Source: Squalus acanthias
Taxonomy: Eukaryota
Length of the DNA stretch: 64,000 nucleotides
Assembly: GCA_030390025.1 (NCBI GenBank)
Contig: CM059432.1
Location: 62,002,001 to 62,066,000, forward strand
Direction: 5' to 3'
Positions 26,497 through 39,654 of this stretch are shown here, piece after piece. A model generated the notes under the pieces. That model searched no databases. It saw only the letters and a list, made by a program, of their open reading frames with translations, and had not been told where the DNA came from. A program made the position numbers and the translations under genes. The number at the start of each line of letters is the position of its first letter. Position 1 is the stretch's first letter.

Positions 26497-27362
26497 ACAT
26501 AGAAACATAGAAGATAGGAGCAGGAGTAGGCCATTCGGCCCCTCTTGCCTGCTCCACCATTCGATGAGATCATGGCTGATCATCCAAACTCAGTACCCTG
26601 TCCCTGCCTTCTCCCCATATCCCTTGATACCTTTAGCCTTAAGAAATATATCTAACTCCTTCTTGAATATATTTACTGACTTGGCCTCAACTGCCTTCTG
26701 TGGTAGAGAATTCCACAGGTTCACCACTCTCTGAGTGAAGAAATTCTTCCTCATCTCTGTCCTAAATGGCTTACCCCTTATCTTTAGACTGTGACCTCTT
26801 GTTCTGGACTCACCCGCCATCGGGAACATCCTTCCTGCATCCAGTATGTCTAGCCCTGTTAGAATTTTGTAAGTTTCAATGAGATCTCCTCTCATTCTTC
26901 TAAACTCCAGCGAGTATAAGCCCAATCGACCCAATCTCTCCTCGTACGTCATTCCTGCCATCCCAGGTATCAGTCTGGTGAATCTTCGCTGCACACCCTC
27001 CATGGCAAGAACATCCTTCCTCAGATAAGGCGACCAAAACTGCACACAGTATTCAAGGTGTGGTCTCACCAAGGCCCTGTACAACTGCAGCAAGACATCC
27101 TTGTTCCTGTACTCAAACCCTCTCGCTACGAAGGCCAACATACCATTTGCCTTCTTAACCGCCTGCTGCACCTGCATGCTTACCTTCAGCGACTGGTGCA
27201 CAAGGACACCCAGGTCTCGTTGCACTTCCCCTTCTCCCAATCTATTGCCATTCAGATAATAATCTGCCTTTCTGTTTTTGCCACCAAAGTGGATAACCTC
27301 GCATTTATCCACATTATACTGCATCTGCCATGCTTCTGCCCAATCACCCAACCTGTCCAAAT
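26497..27362 (-). mobile_element. Young 5'-truncated CR1 LINE (family A)
   Basis: Uninterrupted 260-aa RT C-terminus ORF (26590-27372) and (tttctatg)n tail. Confidence 0.95.
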
Positions 27363-27705
27363 CATACAGCACAGAAGTAGGCCATTCAGCCCGTCAAACC
27401 TGTGCCAGCTCTCTGCAAGAGCACTTCAGCGAGTCCCACTCCCCCGCCCTTTCTCCGTAGCCCTGCAAAAAATTTTCCTACAGGTACTTATCCAATTCCC
27501 TTTTGAAAGCCACGATTGAATCTGCCTCCACCACCCTTTCAGGCAGTGCATTCCAGATCCTAACCCTTCGCTGTGTAAAAAAGTTCTTCTGCCAATCACC
27601 TTAAATCTGTGTCCTCTGGTTCTCGACCCTTCCGCCAATGGGAACAGTTTCTCTCTATCTACTCTGTCTCAACCCCTCATGATTTTGAACACCTCTATCA
27701 AATCT
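27363..27705 (-). mobile_element. CR1 3' end fragment
   Basis: GSRTRGHRFKVIG motif; similar to 40955-41260. Confidence 0.85.
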
Positions 27706-28739
27706 CCAAAATCAGCAGATTCCAAAGATTAACAGAAAATGCTGGACATACACAGCAGGTCTATTTGAAGATTGATATTGATAGGTTAACAAAGGGTCTC
27801 AACTTGAAATATCAACCTATCATTTTCCTTTTCAGATGCTGACAGATGCTATATTTCTATTATTCTTCATTTTTAGCATTTCCAGCATTTGCAGTTTTTT
27901 CTTTTCATCTCCAAGCATCCATTGATGCAATGATGTCATAACAATAGAAATTAGGTCTTTATGTGCTTTGTTTGAAAGCACTTTTACATAAAGCACAATC
28001 AATCTTCTGTGATACTGAATTCAATCAACTAAGACACCTTTTAGAGAAGTGGGCTGGATCCCTGTGATGCAACCAGTGAGTGGGTTGCATCAGATTAAGC
28101 ATGAATATACATTATTGAGTAAATTTTGTGAGGCCCCAAGTTGCCAATGGAGCCTTGCACATAGACTGCACATATTGAAAAATCGCAGATGTGCTGTGTG
28201 TGATTTTCTATCCACTGATTCTACTGCAGGTACTGAATATAGAAGAGCAGTACTGGTGGGAGTGGGACCTGCATGTCTCAGGAGTGTTGCAAATCAGGAA
28301 GGCCATTTGGTCCACCTTTGCTCATCCATTCAGAAAGATCCTACAGTCCCCCTATTACAGCATACAATTATTCCTCAAAAGATTCCAGGAATTTCACCTC
28401 CATTACTCTTCCTGGAAGTCTATTTCATACATTGGTTTGAATCTATGTCTCCTTGTAATGTAATGTTTCCAGGTTTACCTTTCCCATTAACTGTCTTATA
28501 TATCTTTATGAGATCATCTGTCAGATACGCCCTTTCCAGGCTGATAAGCCTCTTCAGTTTTGCCTCATAACTCTGACCTTTGACACTAGCACTGCTTCCT
28601 GCATTTGAATGGCACACTTGTGTCTTGGTGACTAGAATGGACGGAGTATTCAAGGCGTGATCTGACCAGATTGTGCACAATTTCCTCCGACTTATACTCT
28701 ATTGTTTTGGCTATGCAGTTCAACATTCTATTAGCTTTA

Positions 28740-30460
28740 GCATAGAATCATACAGCACAGAAGGTCAGTTGGCCCATTGTGCCTGTGCCGGTTCTTTGAA
28801 AGAGCTATCCCAAATAGTCTCCCTCTCCTGGTCTTTCCCCATAGCCCTGCAAATGTTTTAACTTCAAGTATTTATTCAATTCCCTTTTGAAAGTTATTAT
28901 TGAATCTGCTTCCACCACCCTTTCAGGCAGTGCATTCCAGATCATCATAACTCGCTGCATAAATTTTATTTTCCTCATGTCGCCTCTTGTACTTTTGCCA
29001 AGTACCTTCAATCTGTATCCTCTGGTTACCGACCCTTCTGCTATTGGAAACAGTTTCTCTTTATTTACTCTGTCAAAAAATTTTGAACACATCTATCAAA
29101 TCTCCACTTAACTTTCTCTGCTCTAAAGAGAGTAACCCCAGTTTCTCCACGTAATTGAAGTCTTTCATCCCCGGTACCATTCTAGTAAATCTCTTCTGCA
29201 CCCTATATAAGGCCTTGACATCCTTCCTAAAGTGTGGTGCCCGGAATTGGACACAATACGCCAGTTGGGGCCTAACCAGTGTTTTATAAAGGTTTAGTAT
29301 AACTGCCTTGCTTTTGTACTCTATGCCTCTATTTATAAAGCCAAGGATCCCATATGCCTTTTTAACTGCCTTCTCAACTTGTCCTGCCACCTTTAAAGAC
29401 TTCTGTGCGTACACCCCAGGTCTCTCTGTTCCTGCACGCCCTATAAAATTGTACCATTATGTTTATTTTGCCTCTCCTCATCCTTCCTACCAAAATTAAT
29501 CACTTCACATTTCTCTGCGTTAAATTTCATCTGCCATTTGTCAGCCCATTTCACCAGTCCGTCTATGTCCTCCTGAAGTCTGTTACTATCCTCCTCACTG
29601 TTTACTACATTTCCAAGTTTTGTTTCATCTGCAGACTTTGAAATTATGCCCTGTATACCCAAGTCCAGGTCATTAATATATATCAAAAAGATCAGTGGTC
29701 CCAACACTAACCGCTGGGGGACACCATTGCACACTTCCCTCCGTCTGAAAAACAACAGTTCACCACTACTCTCTGCTCTCTGTCCTTTAGCCAATTTCAT
29801 ATACACGCGGCAACTGCCCTTTTAATCTCATGGGCTTCAATTTTGCTAACAAGTCTATTGTGTGGTACTTTATCAAATGCCTTTTGAAAGTCCATATACA
29901 CAACATCAACCGTACTATCCTCATCAACCCTCTCATCGCATTTGATCTTTCTTTGTCCTTGTTGCTTGTTGCTTTGCATTTGTTGGAAACATTGAACATT
30001 GACTTTACTAAGACTCCTAGGCCTCTTTAGGCTTCATCAAATAACTCGATCAAGTTAGTTAAACACGATTGACTTTAACAAATCAGTGCTGGCTTTCATT
30101 TATTAACCCTTAATTTTTCCAAGTGCCAATTAATTTTGTCCTGGATTAATGTCTCTAAAATTTCCCCACCACCGACGTTACTTTGACTTGCCTGTAATTG
30201 CTAGCTTTGTCCCTCTCCCTTTTGAACAGGGGTGTAACATTTGCAATCCTCCAGTCCTCTGGCACCATTCCCATATCTAAGGAGGATTGGAAGGTTGTGG
30301 CCAGAGCCTCCGCAATTTCCACCCTTAATTCCCTCAGCAGCCTAGGATGCATCACATCCGGACCGGGTAACTTTTCCACTTTGAGTGCTGCCAACCTTTC
30401 TAGTACCTCCTCTTTCTCTATTTTTATCCTATCCAATTTCTCCACTACCTCCTCCTTTGA
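28740..30460 (-). mobile_element. CR1 LINE RT fragment
   Basis: [59 protein letters not shown]. Confidence 0.92.
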
Positions 30461-30559
30461 CTACCCTTTTACTATTTATATGTTTATAAAAGACTTTTGG
30501 GTTCCCTTTTATGTTACCTGCTTATCTATCCTCATCCTAGTGCAATCATACCAACTAAC

Positions 30560-31523
30560 AACACACAAGGGTAGCCACTTTCCAATGTTTATGTAAAGTT
30601 TGTATTAGTGTGCTGTCAAACATTGAAATCTTTATTTTCAACACTTTCCGGTGTTGGACAGATTTGTGTGCACCTTTGGAAGTGGCTTAGTGAGTTGAGA
30701 CATAATGATACACCCCGCAATAGTGATGAGTGTGAAAGGAATGGCTTGGTCATTGTAGGGATGCTTTATGGTGTTGGTGTGGAGTGGTGCCAACCTGGCG
30801 CATCATGTGGCACCCATATGGGTGTACAGTGTAAAGTTAACTAAATCTGGCCATGACGAGGCCATCCCTGGCCTCCCGGGCAGCAATGTGCTCGGGTGCT
30901 GATGCCCTCTGTCCTGTGCAGCAACAGGTGATTGTGGAGGTTGGTGTTGTTGGTGCTGCTGGTGTTGGGGCTCATCTTGGTCGGATTCTGGACCAAGGTG
31001 AGACAGTATAAAGGGCACTGATGTTGATGGAATAGATGGCAGGTGAAGTAGAGATGACAGGAGCATTCTGTCAATGGTGAGAGAGTTCTTCCAATGAGGT
31101 GAGAGTGGAAAGTGGAAAGCCTGCAGAATCTGTGCTGGGACTGGACTCAGAAACAGCTTGTGGTTGAGGAAAGTGATGATCTGTCAGATGGGAGCTTTTA
31201 CTGTACATTTGAAACTGTCAAGTAATCAGCTGGAGCAATGGCCACTGAACACCTGCCTCAGGTTCACAGGCGTGGTCCCCGAGCAGCGTGGACTCCATGG
31301 GCGAGCAGTGAAAGTTAAAACGAAAGCATTATTAAGGGTCTGTCAACAACCCAATAATTGGTTTAATTGGGTCGCCCGCCTCTGTGGGTTGGGTCGGATC
31401 GGTGATCACACGCGCCATTGGGAAAGGCGCGTTGCGGCGGCTTGACAGTGGGGTCCTGACCCGTTGTCAAAAAAATCAAATCTCCGCCGATCCTGCCCGC
31501 TTACACCCCAGAAAATTTCAGCC
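30560..31523 (-). mobile_element. Internally deleted Harbinger-like DNA transposon remnant
   Basis: Right end gaaaatttcagcc resembles the TIRs of the other MITEs; minus strand HIAAREARDGLVMARFS* resembles a Harbinger transposase C-terminus. Confidence 0.45.
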
Positions 31524-31965
31524 ACAGAAATTATCCCTCCTCCAGTTGAGTATTTTCACATTTGATTTTTCCTTGTCCTTGTTGATTGCTGCTTTGCATT
31601 TGTTGGAAACATTGAACATTGACTCTAGTAAGACTCCTAGGCCTCTTTAGTCTTCATCCGCATCTATTTTAATGTAATTTATGAAATGCATGTGTCTCTT
31701 ATTTTTCTTCCCATGTGTAGTACTTTACATTTGTCTGCATTAAATTTCATCTGTTATTTTATGCCCACTTACATATTCAATCCAACTCATTCCGTAATTT
31801 CTGAGCTGCGTCCTCTGATTCCACTACCCCTCTTAGTTTGATGCCATCTGCAAATTTGATCAACAACAACAACTTGCATTTATATAGCACCTTTAACATA
31901 GTAAAACGTCCCAAGGCACTTCACAGGAGCAATATCAAACAAAATTTGACACCGAGCCACATAAA

Positions 31966-32415
31966 GAAAGACTTACATATAGCGCCTTTCATGACCACCG
32001 GACGTCTCAAAGCACTTTACAGCCAATTAAATATTTTTTTTGAAGTGTAGTCGCTGTTGCAATGTAGGAAACGCGGCAGCCAATTTGTGCACAGCAAGCT
32101 CCCCCATACAGCAATGTGATAATGATCAGATAATCTGTTCTTAGTGACGTTGATTGAGGGATAAATATGGGCCAGGACACCGGGGATAGCTCTTCTTCAA
32201 AATACTGCCATGGGATCTTTTACGTCCACCCGAGAGTGCAGACGGGGCCTCAGTTTAACATCTCATCCGAAAGACGGCACCTCCAGCAGTGCAACACTCC
32301 CTCAGTACTGCACTGGAGTGTCAGCCGAGATATTTGTGCTCAAATTTCTGGAGCGGGACTTCAACCCACAACCTTCTGACTCAGAGGCAAGGGTGCTATC
32401 AACTGAGCCACAGCT
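31966..32415 (-). mobile_element. DeuSINE (SacSINE1-like) inserted in the L2 3' UTR
   Basis: Reverse complement of 61891-62363. Confidence 0.9.
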
Positions 32416-33407
32416 GTTCCATGTAGGAAGAAATTAGGCAGATGACCAAAGGATTCGTCAAAGAGGTAGGTTTGAAGGAGTGTCTTAAAGGAGGAAAAAG
32501 AAGTCGAGAGGTGGAGAGGTTTAGGGAGGGAATTCCAGAGCTTAAGGCCTTGGCAGCTGAAGGTACAGCCAACAATGGTTGAGCGATTAAAATCAGGGAT
32601 GCTCAAGAGGCCAGAATTAGAGGAGTGCAGATATCTCGGTGGGGTTGTGGGGCTGGAGGAGATTACAGAGATAGGGAGGGGCGAAGCCATGGAGGGATTT
32701 GAAAACAAGGATGAGAATTTTAAAATCGAGGGGTTGCTTAACTAGGAGCCAATGTAGGTCAGCAAGCATGGGTGAACAGGACTTGGTGCAGCCGAGTTTT
32801 GGATGACCTCAGGTTATGTAGGGTACAACGTGGGAGGCCAGCCAGGGGTGCGTTGGAATAGTCAAGTCTAGAAGTAGCAAAGGCATGGATGAGGGTTTCA
32901 GCAGCATATGGGCTGAGGCAGGTGATGTTACTGAGGTGGAAATAGGCGGTCTTAGTCATGGTATGGATATGTGGTCAGAAGTGCGTTTCAGAGTCAAATA
33001 TGACACCAAGGTTGCGAACAGTCTGGTTCAGCCTCAGGCAGATGCTAGGGAGAGGGATGGAGTCGATGGCTAGGGAATGGAGTTTGTGGTGGGGACTGAA
33101 AGCAATGGCTTCGGCCTTCCCAATATTTAGTTGGAGGAAATTTCTGCTTATCCAGTACTGGATGTTGGACAAGCAGTCTGACAACTTAGAGACAGTGGAA
33201 GGGTCGAGAGAAGTGGTGGTGAGGTAGAGCTTCGTGTCATCAGCGTACATGTGGAAACTGACTGTTTTTGGACGATGTCGCCGAGGGGCAGCATGTAGAT
33301 GAGAAATAGGAGGGGGCCAAGGATAGATCCTTGGGGGACACCAGAGGTAACGTTATGGGAGTGGGAAGAGAAGCCTTTGCAGGTGATTCTCTGGCTACAA
33401 TTAGATA

Positions 33408-33627
33408 TGATGCGGAGATGCCGGTGTTGGACTGGGGTGGACAAAATTGAGAGGTCGCACAACACCAGGTTATAGTCCAACAGTTTTATTTGAAATCACA
33501 AGCTTTCGGAACTATCGCTCCTTCCTCAGGTGAAGTAAATTTACTTCACCTGAGGAAGGAGCGATAGTTCCGAAAGCTTGTGATTTCAAATAAAACTGTT
33601 GGACTATAACCTGGTGTTGTGCGACCT
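33408..33627. mobile_element. 220-bp Penelope terminal-repeat insertion containing a perfect 176-bp palindrome
   Basis: tacaattagata TSD at 33396-33407 and 33628-33639; arms 33452-33539 and 33540-33627. Confidence 0.85.
33546..33583 (+). ncRNA. Minimal hammerhead ribozyme motif (mirror copy on - strand at 33496-33533)
   Basis: tcac-CTGAGGA-a-ggagc-gata-gttcc-GAAA-gc-TT-gtga. Confidence 0.65.
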
Positions 33628-34245
33628 TACAATTAGATAAGAATGGAACCAGGCGAGTGCAGTCCCACCCAACTGGACAATGGTGGAGAGGTGTTGGAGG
33701 AGGATGGAGTAGTCAACCCTGTCAAAGGCTGCAGACAGGTCGAGAAGGACGAGGAGAGATAGTTTACCTTTGTCACAGTCACATAGAATGTCATTTGTGA
33801 CTTTGATAAGAGTCGTTTTTGTACTGTGGCAGGTTTAGAAAACTGATTAGTGGGATTCAAACATCGAGTTCTGGGAAAGATGGGCACGGATTTGAGAGGC
33901 AACAACATGTTCAAGGACTTTGGAGAGGAAAGGGAGGTTGGAGATGGGGTGGTAGTTTGCAAGGATGGAGGGGTCAAGGGTTGGTTTTTTGAGGAGAGGT
34001 GATGACGGCAGATTTGAAGGAGCGGGGGACAGTATCTAATAAAGAACCGTTAACAATATCAGCTAACATGGGAGCGAGAAAAGGAAGTTGGGTGATCAGC
34101 AGTTTAGTGGGAATAGGGTCGAGGGAGCAGGAAGTAGGTCTCATGGACGAGATGAGTTCAGAGAGGGCATGAGGGGAGATCGGAGAGAAACTGGAGAAAG
34201 ATGCGAATTCAGGGCTAGGGCAGGGGGGAACCTTAGAGGAATTTT

Positions 34246-36165
34246 GAGGTGCCATCCTGGGGAAGCTGCAACACAGGACTACATGCATGCTAAAAAGCGG
34301 AAGCAACATACTATAGACAGGGCTAAGCGATCCCACAATCAAAGGATCAGATCAAAGCTCTGCAGTCCTGTCACATCCAGTCATGAATGGTGGTGGACCA
34401 TTAAACAACTAACAGGAGGAGGAGGCTCCATGAATATCCCCATCCTCAATGATGGTGGAGCCCAGCACGTGAGTGCAAAAGACAAGGTTGAAGCATTTGC
34501 AACCATCTTCAGCAAGAAGTGCCGAGTGGATGATCCATATCGGCCTACTCCTGAGGTCTCCACCATCACAGAAGCCAGTCTTCAGCCAATTCGATTCACT
34601 CCACGTGATATCAAGAAACGGCTGAGCGCACTGGATACAGCAAAGGCTATGGGCCCCGACAACATCCCGGCTATCGTGCTGAAGACTTGTGCTCCAGAAG
34701 TAGCCTCTAGCCAAGCTGTTCCAGTACAGCTACAACACTGGCATCTATCAGACAATGTTGAAAACTGTCCAGGTATGCCCTGTCCACAAAAAGCAGGACA
34801 AATCCAACCCATCAGTCTACTCTCAATCATCAGCAAAGTGATGGAAGGTGTCACTGAAAGTGCTATCAAGCGGCACTTACTCACCAATAACCTGCTCACT
34901 GATGCCCAGTTTGGGTTCCGCCAAGACCACTTGGCTCCCGAACTCATTACAGCCTTGGTTCAAACATGGACAAAGGAGCTGAATTCCAGAGGTGAGGTGA
35001 GAGTGACTGCCATCAAGGCAGCATTTGACCGAGTGTGGCATTAGGAGCCCTAGTAAAACTGAAGTCAATGGGAATCGGGGGGAAAACGCTCCACTGGCTG
35101 GAATCATACCTAGCACAAAAGGAAGATGGTTATGGTGGTTGAAGGTCAATCATCACAGCCCCAGGACATCGCTGCAGGAGTTCCTCAGGGCAGTGTCCTA
35201 GGCCCAACCATCTTCAGCTGCTTCATCAATGACCTTCCCTCCAACATGTCAGAATGGGGATGTTCGCTGATGACTGTAGTGTCCAGCACCATTCACAACT
35301 CCTCAGATAATGAAGCAGTCCATGCCCGCATGCAACAAGACCTGGACGACGTTCAGGCTTGGGCTGATAACTGGCAGGTAACATTTGCACCACACAAGTG
35401 CCAGGCAATGACTATCTCCAACAAGCGAGAGTTTAACCACCTCCCCTTGACATTCAATGGTATTACCATTGCCGAATCCCCCACCATCAACATCCTGGGG
35501 GGTCACCATTGACCAGAAACTTAACTGGACCAGCCACATAAATACTGTGGCAACAAGAGCAGGTCAGAGGCTCGGTATTCTGCAGCGAGTATCTCACCTC
35601 CTGACTCCCCAAAGCCTTTCCACCATCTATAAGGCACAAGTAAGGACTGTGATGGAATACTCTTCACTTGCCTGGATGAGTGCAGCTCCAACAACACTCA
35701 AGAAGCTCGACACCATCCAGGACAAAGCAGCCCGCTTGATTGGCACCCCATCCACCACCTTAAACATTCACTCCCTCCACCACCAGCGTACTGTGGCTGC
35801 AGTGTGTACCATCTACAAGATGCACTGCAGCAACTCGCCAAGGCTTCTTCGGCAGCACCTCCCAAACCCGCGACCTCTTTTAGAAGGACAAGGGCTGCAG
35901 GCGCATGGGAACACCACCATCTCCAAGTTCCCCTCCAAGTCACACACCATCCTGACTTAGAAGTATATCGCCAATCCTTCATCGTCGCTGGGTCAAAATC
36001 CTGGAACTAACTCCCTCCCTAACAGCACTGTGGGAGTACCTTCACCACACGGACTGCAGCGGTTCAAGAAGGCGGCTCACCACCACCTTCTCAAGGGCAA
36101 TTAGGGATGGGCAATAAATGCTGTCCTTGCCAACGACACCCACATCCCATAAACGAATAAAAAAA
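34246..36165 (+). mobile_element. Family B LINE, 5'-truncated (RT and 3' end)
   Basis: ORFs 34088-35044, 35126-35512, 35457-35960 with RT motifs; ends cccataaacgaataaaaaa. Confidence 0.92.
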
Positions 36166-36514
36166 GTTTTTTTTAGACACTAACTTCTCTATTGGTTTCT
36201 GCTAAAGCAATTAATTAATTATTTTGCTGAACTGTGACATGTTCAGTAGGAAATGGTTGGAATGCCATCGATTTTAGTTCTAATATCGACAAGTTGGCAG
36301 CAACAAAGTAGTTTTTTAAGTTTTACAAGGTAAAGGATTGACTAATATGATAGCAAAATACTGTGGATGCTGGAAATCCGAAATAACAACAGAGTTTTTC
36401 CAGCGTTTTCTGTTGTTATAAAGGATTGACTGGTGCGGGGCAAACCTTTCTACCTGGGATGAAAACAGAAAATGCTGCAATTACACAGCAGGCTTCTGAC
36501 ATCTAAAGATGAGG

Positions 36515-36749
36515 GCAAGGGGGGGGCGTGGGCCATGTGAGTGCCCATCCTCCCCTGAGGCTGCAGGACCCACCACACACCAGGACCTTCCTCACTCGCC
36601 TACTTCCGGTTTACATCCCAGCCTCTCTCAGCTCATTGGATAAGTCTGCGCAGCCTTAGTGGCGCCACTCATTTTGCTCCGCCCATATTTCCGTGGTAAC
36701 GTGGAGTCCTGAGCGGAAAGTAAAGGCCCTGAGCGGATGGCGCGGCAGA
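36515..36749 (+). promoter_or_regulatory. SPIDR GC-rich TATA-less promoter and 5' UTR
   Basis: GC boxes (36519-36532, 36677-36684), ETS ACTTCCGGT (36602-36610), inverted CCAAT (36635-36639), RFX-like tttccgtggtaac (36688-36700); local CpG enrichment. Confidence 0.75.
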
Positions 36750-36767
36750 ATGTCCGGCACCAGAAAG
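36750..36767 (+). CDS. SPIDR: SPIDR first coding exon (MSGTRK)
   Basis: ATG..AAG|gtacat; phase 0 join gives RK|RKR, like the recalled human SKRKR. Confidence 0.7.
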
Positions 36768-36964
36768 GTACATGGTGTTTAATGAGACAACTGCACCGCG
36801 TTTACCTGGGGGAAGAGGGGTTCGACAGAGAGTGACAGGCTCGAATGGCAGTGCGGCTGGGAGGTGGGTCTCCTCCCCACCGGGTAAGGCTGCCATCCTT
36901 TGTGGGGTCTGCAGCCGGCCAGAAGGAGGGGCAATTCAATAACTCGGAATGCTCCAACCTCAAG

Positions 36965-38125
36965 GGACGCAGAAACTTGAAACAAACACAGAAAACGCTG
37001 GAAACACTCAGCTAGTCAATCTGTGGGGAAAAACACACAAGTTACTGTTTCAGGTGTGGATTTGTCATCAGAAATAGAGATGCACAACATTTAAAAAGGA
37101 ACACAACAAAAGGAACGGCAGAAACAAACTCATACAAGAGAGTAGTGTAAAGCGATTAAATGGTAAACAGAGGATGGTTAATTGGCCGAAGTGATGGAGG
37201 TGAGGCAGATCTGAAATAGAAACAGTAAAAACTGGAAGAGTCCGAAGAAAAAGTCAGGCCAACACCAAGAGTGCAGACTGCTCACCAAATGGAGTTAAGA
37301 CAGAGGGTCTCCACCAAGTGCTACCCCATTTCCAGACACCCCAAAATGCACACACACACATCCTACATCATCTGCTAAAACAAAAGTGGGAACTAAAGTG
37401 TAAGGTCTGATATTAAAATTAAGGCCAGAGGGCTGAAAAGTGCCTAATAGATAAGGTGCTGTCCCTTGAGCTTGATGTGGACTAATATAGAAGACCAAAG
37501 ATGGAGAGTTCAAAATGGGGCGGGGAATTGAAGTGGCAAGTGACCGGAGGCTTTGGGGTCGCACTGTTTCGTGTAAGGATTACATTCTTTCTCCCAGCTT
37601 CTCCTCTGTTGCAGTTGTTCTGATAATGCCATTTTTGCACTCCAAAGCTTCTGAAATGATATTTTTCCTCAGTCAGGGATTCCCCACTGCCATGATGGGA
37701 CCTTTGACTGGGTCTGTCCCATTTCTTGTGCTGCTGCTCGCCCTCTCCCACTTGGTGTTTGGGCTGGGGACCCTCTGTCTGAACTTCATGCTGGTGGGGC
37801 TGTCTGCACTCTTGGTTTTGGCCTGATTTTTTTCCTCTCCAGCTGCTGGACTCTGTTCCACTTTGCCAACTTTTCATTTCAGACTTGCCTTGCACCCTTT
37901 CATCTCATGTTCTTTGTTTTGATACAACTTTATTTTATTTTATTATGCTTCTTCCTATCATGTTATTATCACTTCAGCTATTTAAGCACTTTACATACTT
38001 CTACATGTGTGTGTTTCCCATCCCCATTCCTTTGTCCTGTTCCTTTTTTAAATGTTCAACTGTAAATTCTCCCAGTACCGATGAAGGATTATATCTGAAA
38101 TATTAACTTGTCTGTTCTTTCCAGT
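36965..38125. mobile_element. Degenerate Penelope-like fragments in both orientations
   Basis: Minus-strand pLTR with decayed CTGATGA..GAAAC (37041-37075); LLGTFQPSGLN and VTCHFNSPPH GIY-YIG remnants. Confidence 0.7.
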
Positions 38126-38159
38126 AACAGTAAATATTTCCATCAAAGTCACTGCAAAA

Positions 38160-39300
38160 CTGACTGTCTTTTGTTACAATTGAGTGGCTTGCTAGGCCAT
38201 TTCAGAGTCAGCCACATTGTTGTGGGTCTGATGTCACAGGACAGATTTCCTTCCCTGAAGGATATTAGTGAATCAGATGGGTTTTTACAGCAATCTGATA
38301 GTTTCATGATCACCATTCCAGATTTATTTAATGAATTTAAATTCCACAGCTGCTGTGGTGAGATTAGAACTCATGTCTCCGGATTATTAGTCCAGGCCTA
38401 TGGATTACTAGTCCAGTAACTTAACCACTATGCTCCCGTACCCAATATAGAATTACATAGAATGTACAGCACACAAAAAGGCCATTTGGCCCAACTGATC
38501 CATGCTGGTAGTTGATGCTCCACACGTGCCTCCTCCCCACCCCTCTTCATCTAACCCTATCAGCATAACCTTCTATTCCTTTCTCCCTTGTGCATTTATC
38601 AAGTTTCTTCTAAAATGCATCTGTGCTTTTCTCCTCAACTGCTCCTTGTGGTAACGAGTTACACATTCTAACCACTCTGATAAAGAAGTTTCTCCTGAAT
38701 GTTTGACCAGAGTCAATGTCGAGAACTTCCAGGGCCACTCCCTCCTGACTGTATACCACTGTGCTGCCACACCTCATGGACCTGTCCTGCTGGTGGGACA
38801 GGACATACCCAGGGATAGTTATGGCGGAGTCTGGGACATTGGCTGATAGGCTGTGAGTATGACTGTCAGCCTGTTGCTTGACTATTCTGTGGGACAGCTC
38901 TCCCAATTTTGGCACAAGTCCCAGAGGAGGACTTTGCAGGGTCGACTGGCCCTTGTGTCTGTGCAGTTTTATTCTTGTACTTTTTTTGGAGCGGTTTGTT
39001 ACCATGAGTGGCTTGCTAGGCCATTTCAGAGGGCAGTTAAGAGTCAACCACGTTGCTGTGGGTCTGGTGTCACATAGAGGCCAGACCAGGTAAGGATGGC
39101 AGGTTTCCAGTGAAACCAGGGAAAAGTGAACCAGTTGGGTTTTTACGTCAATCCGATAGCTTTGTGGTCATCATTACTTATACTTGCTTTTCCAGATTTT
39201 TTAATTTAATTAACTGAATTCAAATTCACAAACTGCTCTGTTAGGATTTGAATAATCTGGATTATTAGTCCAGTACCATAACCACTATGCTACTGTACCC
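38160..39300 (-). mobile_element. Two family B 5' fragments (38160-38443, 38705-39300) separated by a CR1 3' end
   Basis: Both end in accactatgct..gtaccc (tRNA-like head); GLVPKLGELSHRIVKQQ in the second. Confidence 0.85.
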
Positions 39301-39654
39301 GTGAATATTACCGGATTGTAGTATGTGTAGCATTAGACAAGAGATGCCCATGTCCATTGATCACAAGGCTACCAGGTACAATGGCCTGGGAGGTGCCCTC
39401 GCCATTGATTATGACATTGTTAATGACCAGTGCTCTTGCTGACCTCCGTTGGCTCCCTATTCCCAATGCAATGAATTGAAAATTGTTATCCTTGTTTATA
39501 AATCTCTCCAGGGCTTTCTCCTGCCCTATCCCTGCAACCTCCACTTCTTATGTCCCAGTTTGTGACCTTTACTCTTCTTACTCTGGCCTCCTACACAGCT
39601 GCTCCTCTCTTCCTCCTTTCCTCCTTCACTAGCTCCACAATCAATGATGAAAAA

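Larger units (their letters stand above)
31860..34245 (-). mobile_element. L2 LINE (RT and 3' end), interrupted by a SINE and a Penelope palindrome
   Basis: PTSCSLDPIPT, TSGVPQGSILGPLLFLIYM, MYADDTKLY, SRLDYSNA; (caa)n tail at 31860. Confidence 0.92.

Noticed and set aside
30803..31074. Gln/His-rich ORF as a host exon
   Set aside because: Lies within the Harbinger-like remnant and has no consistent splice context
34088..35960. Longest ORFs (318, 128, 167 aa) as a novel gene or RT-based system
   Set aside because: Frameshifted pieces of a multi-copy LINE ORF; the first ORF is a chance fusion across an L2/LINE junction
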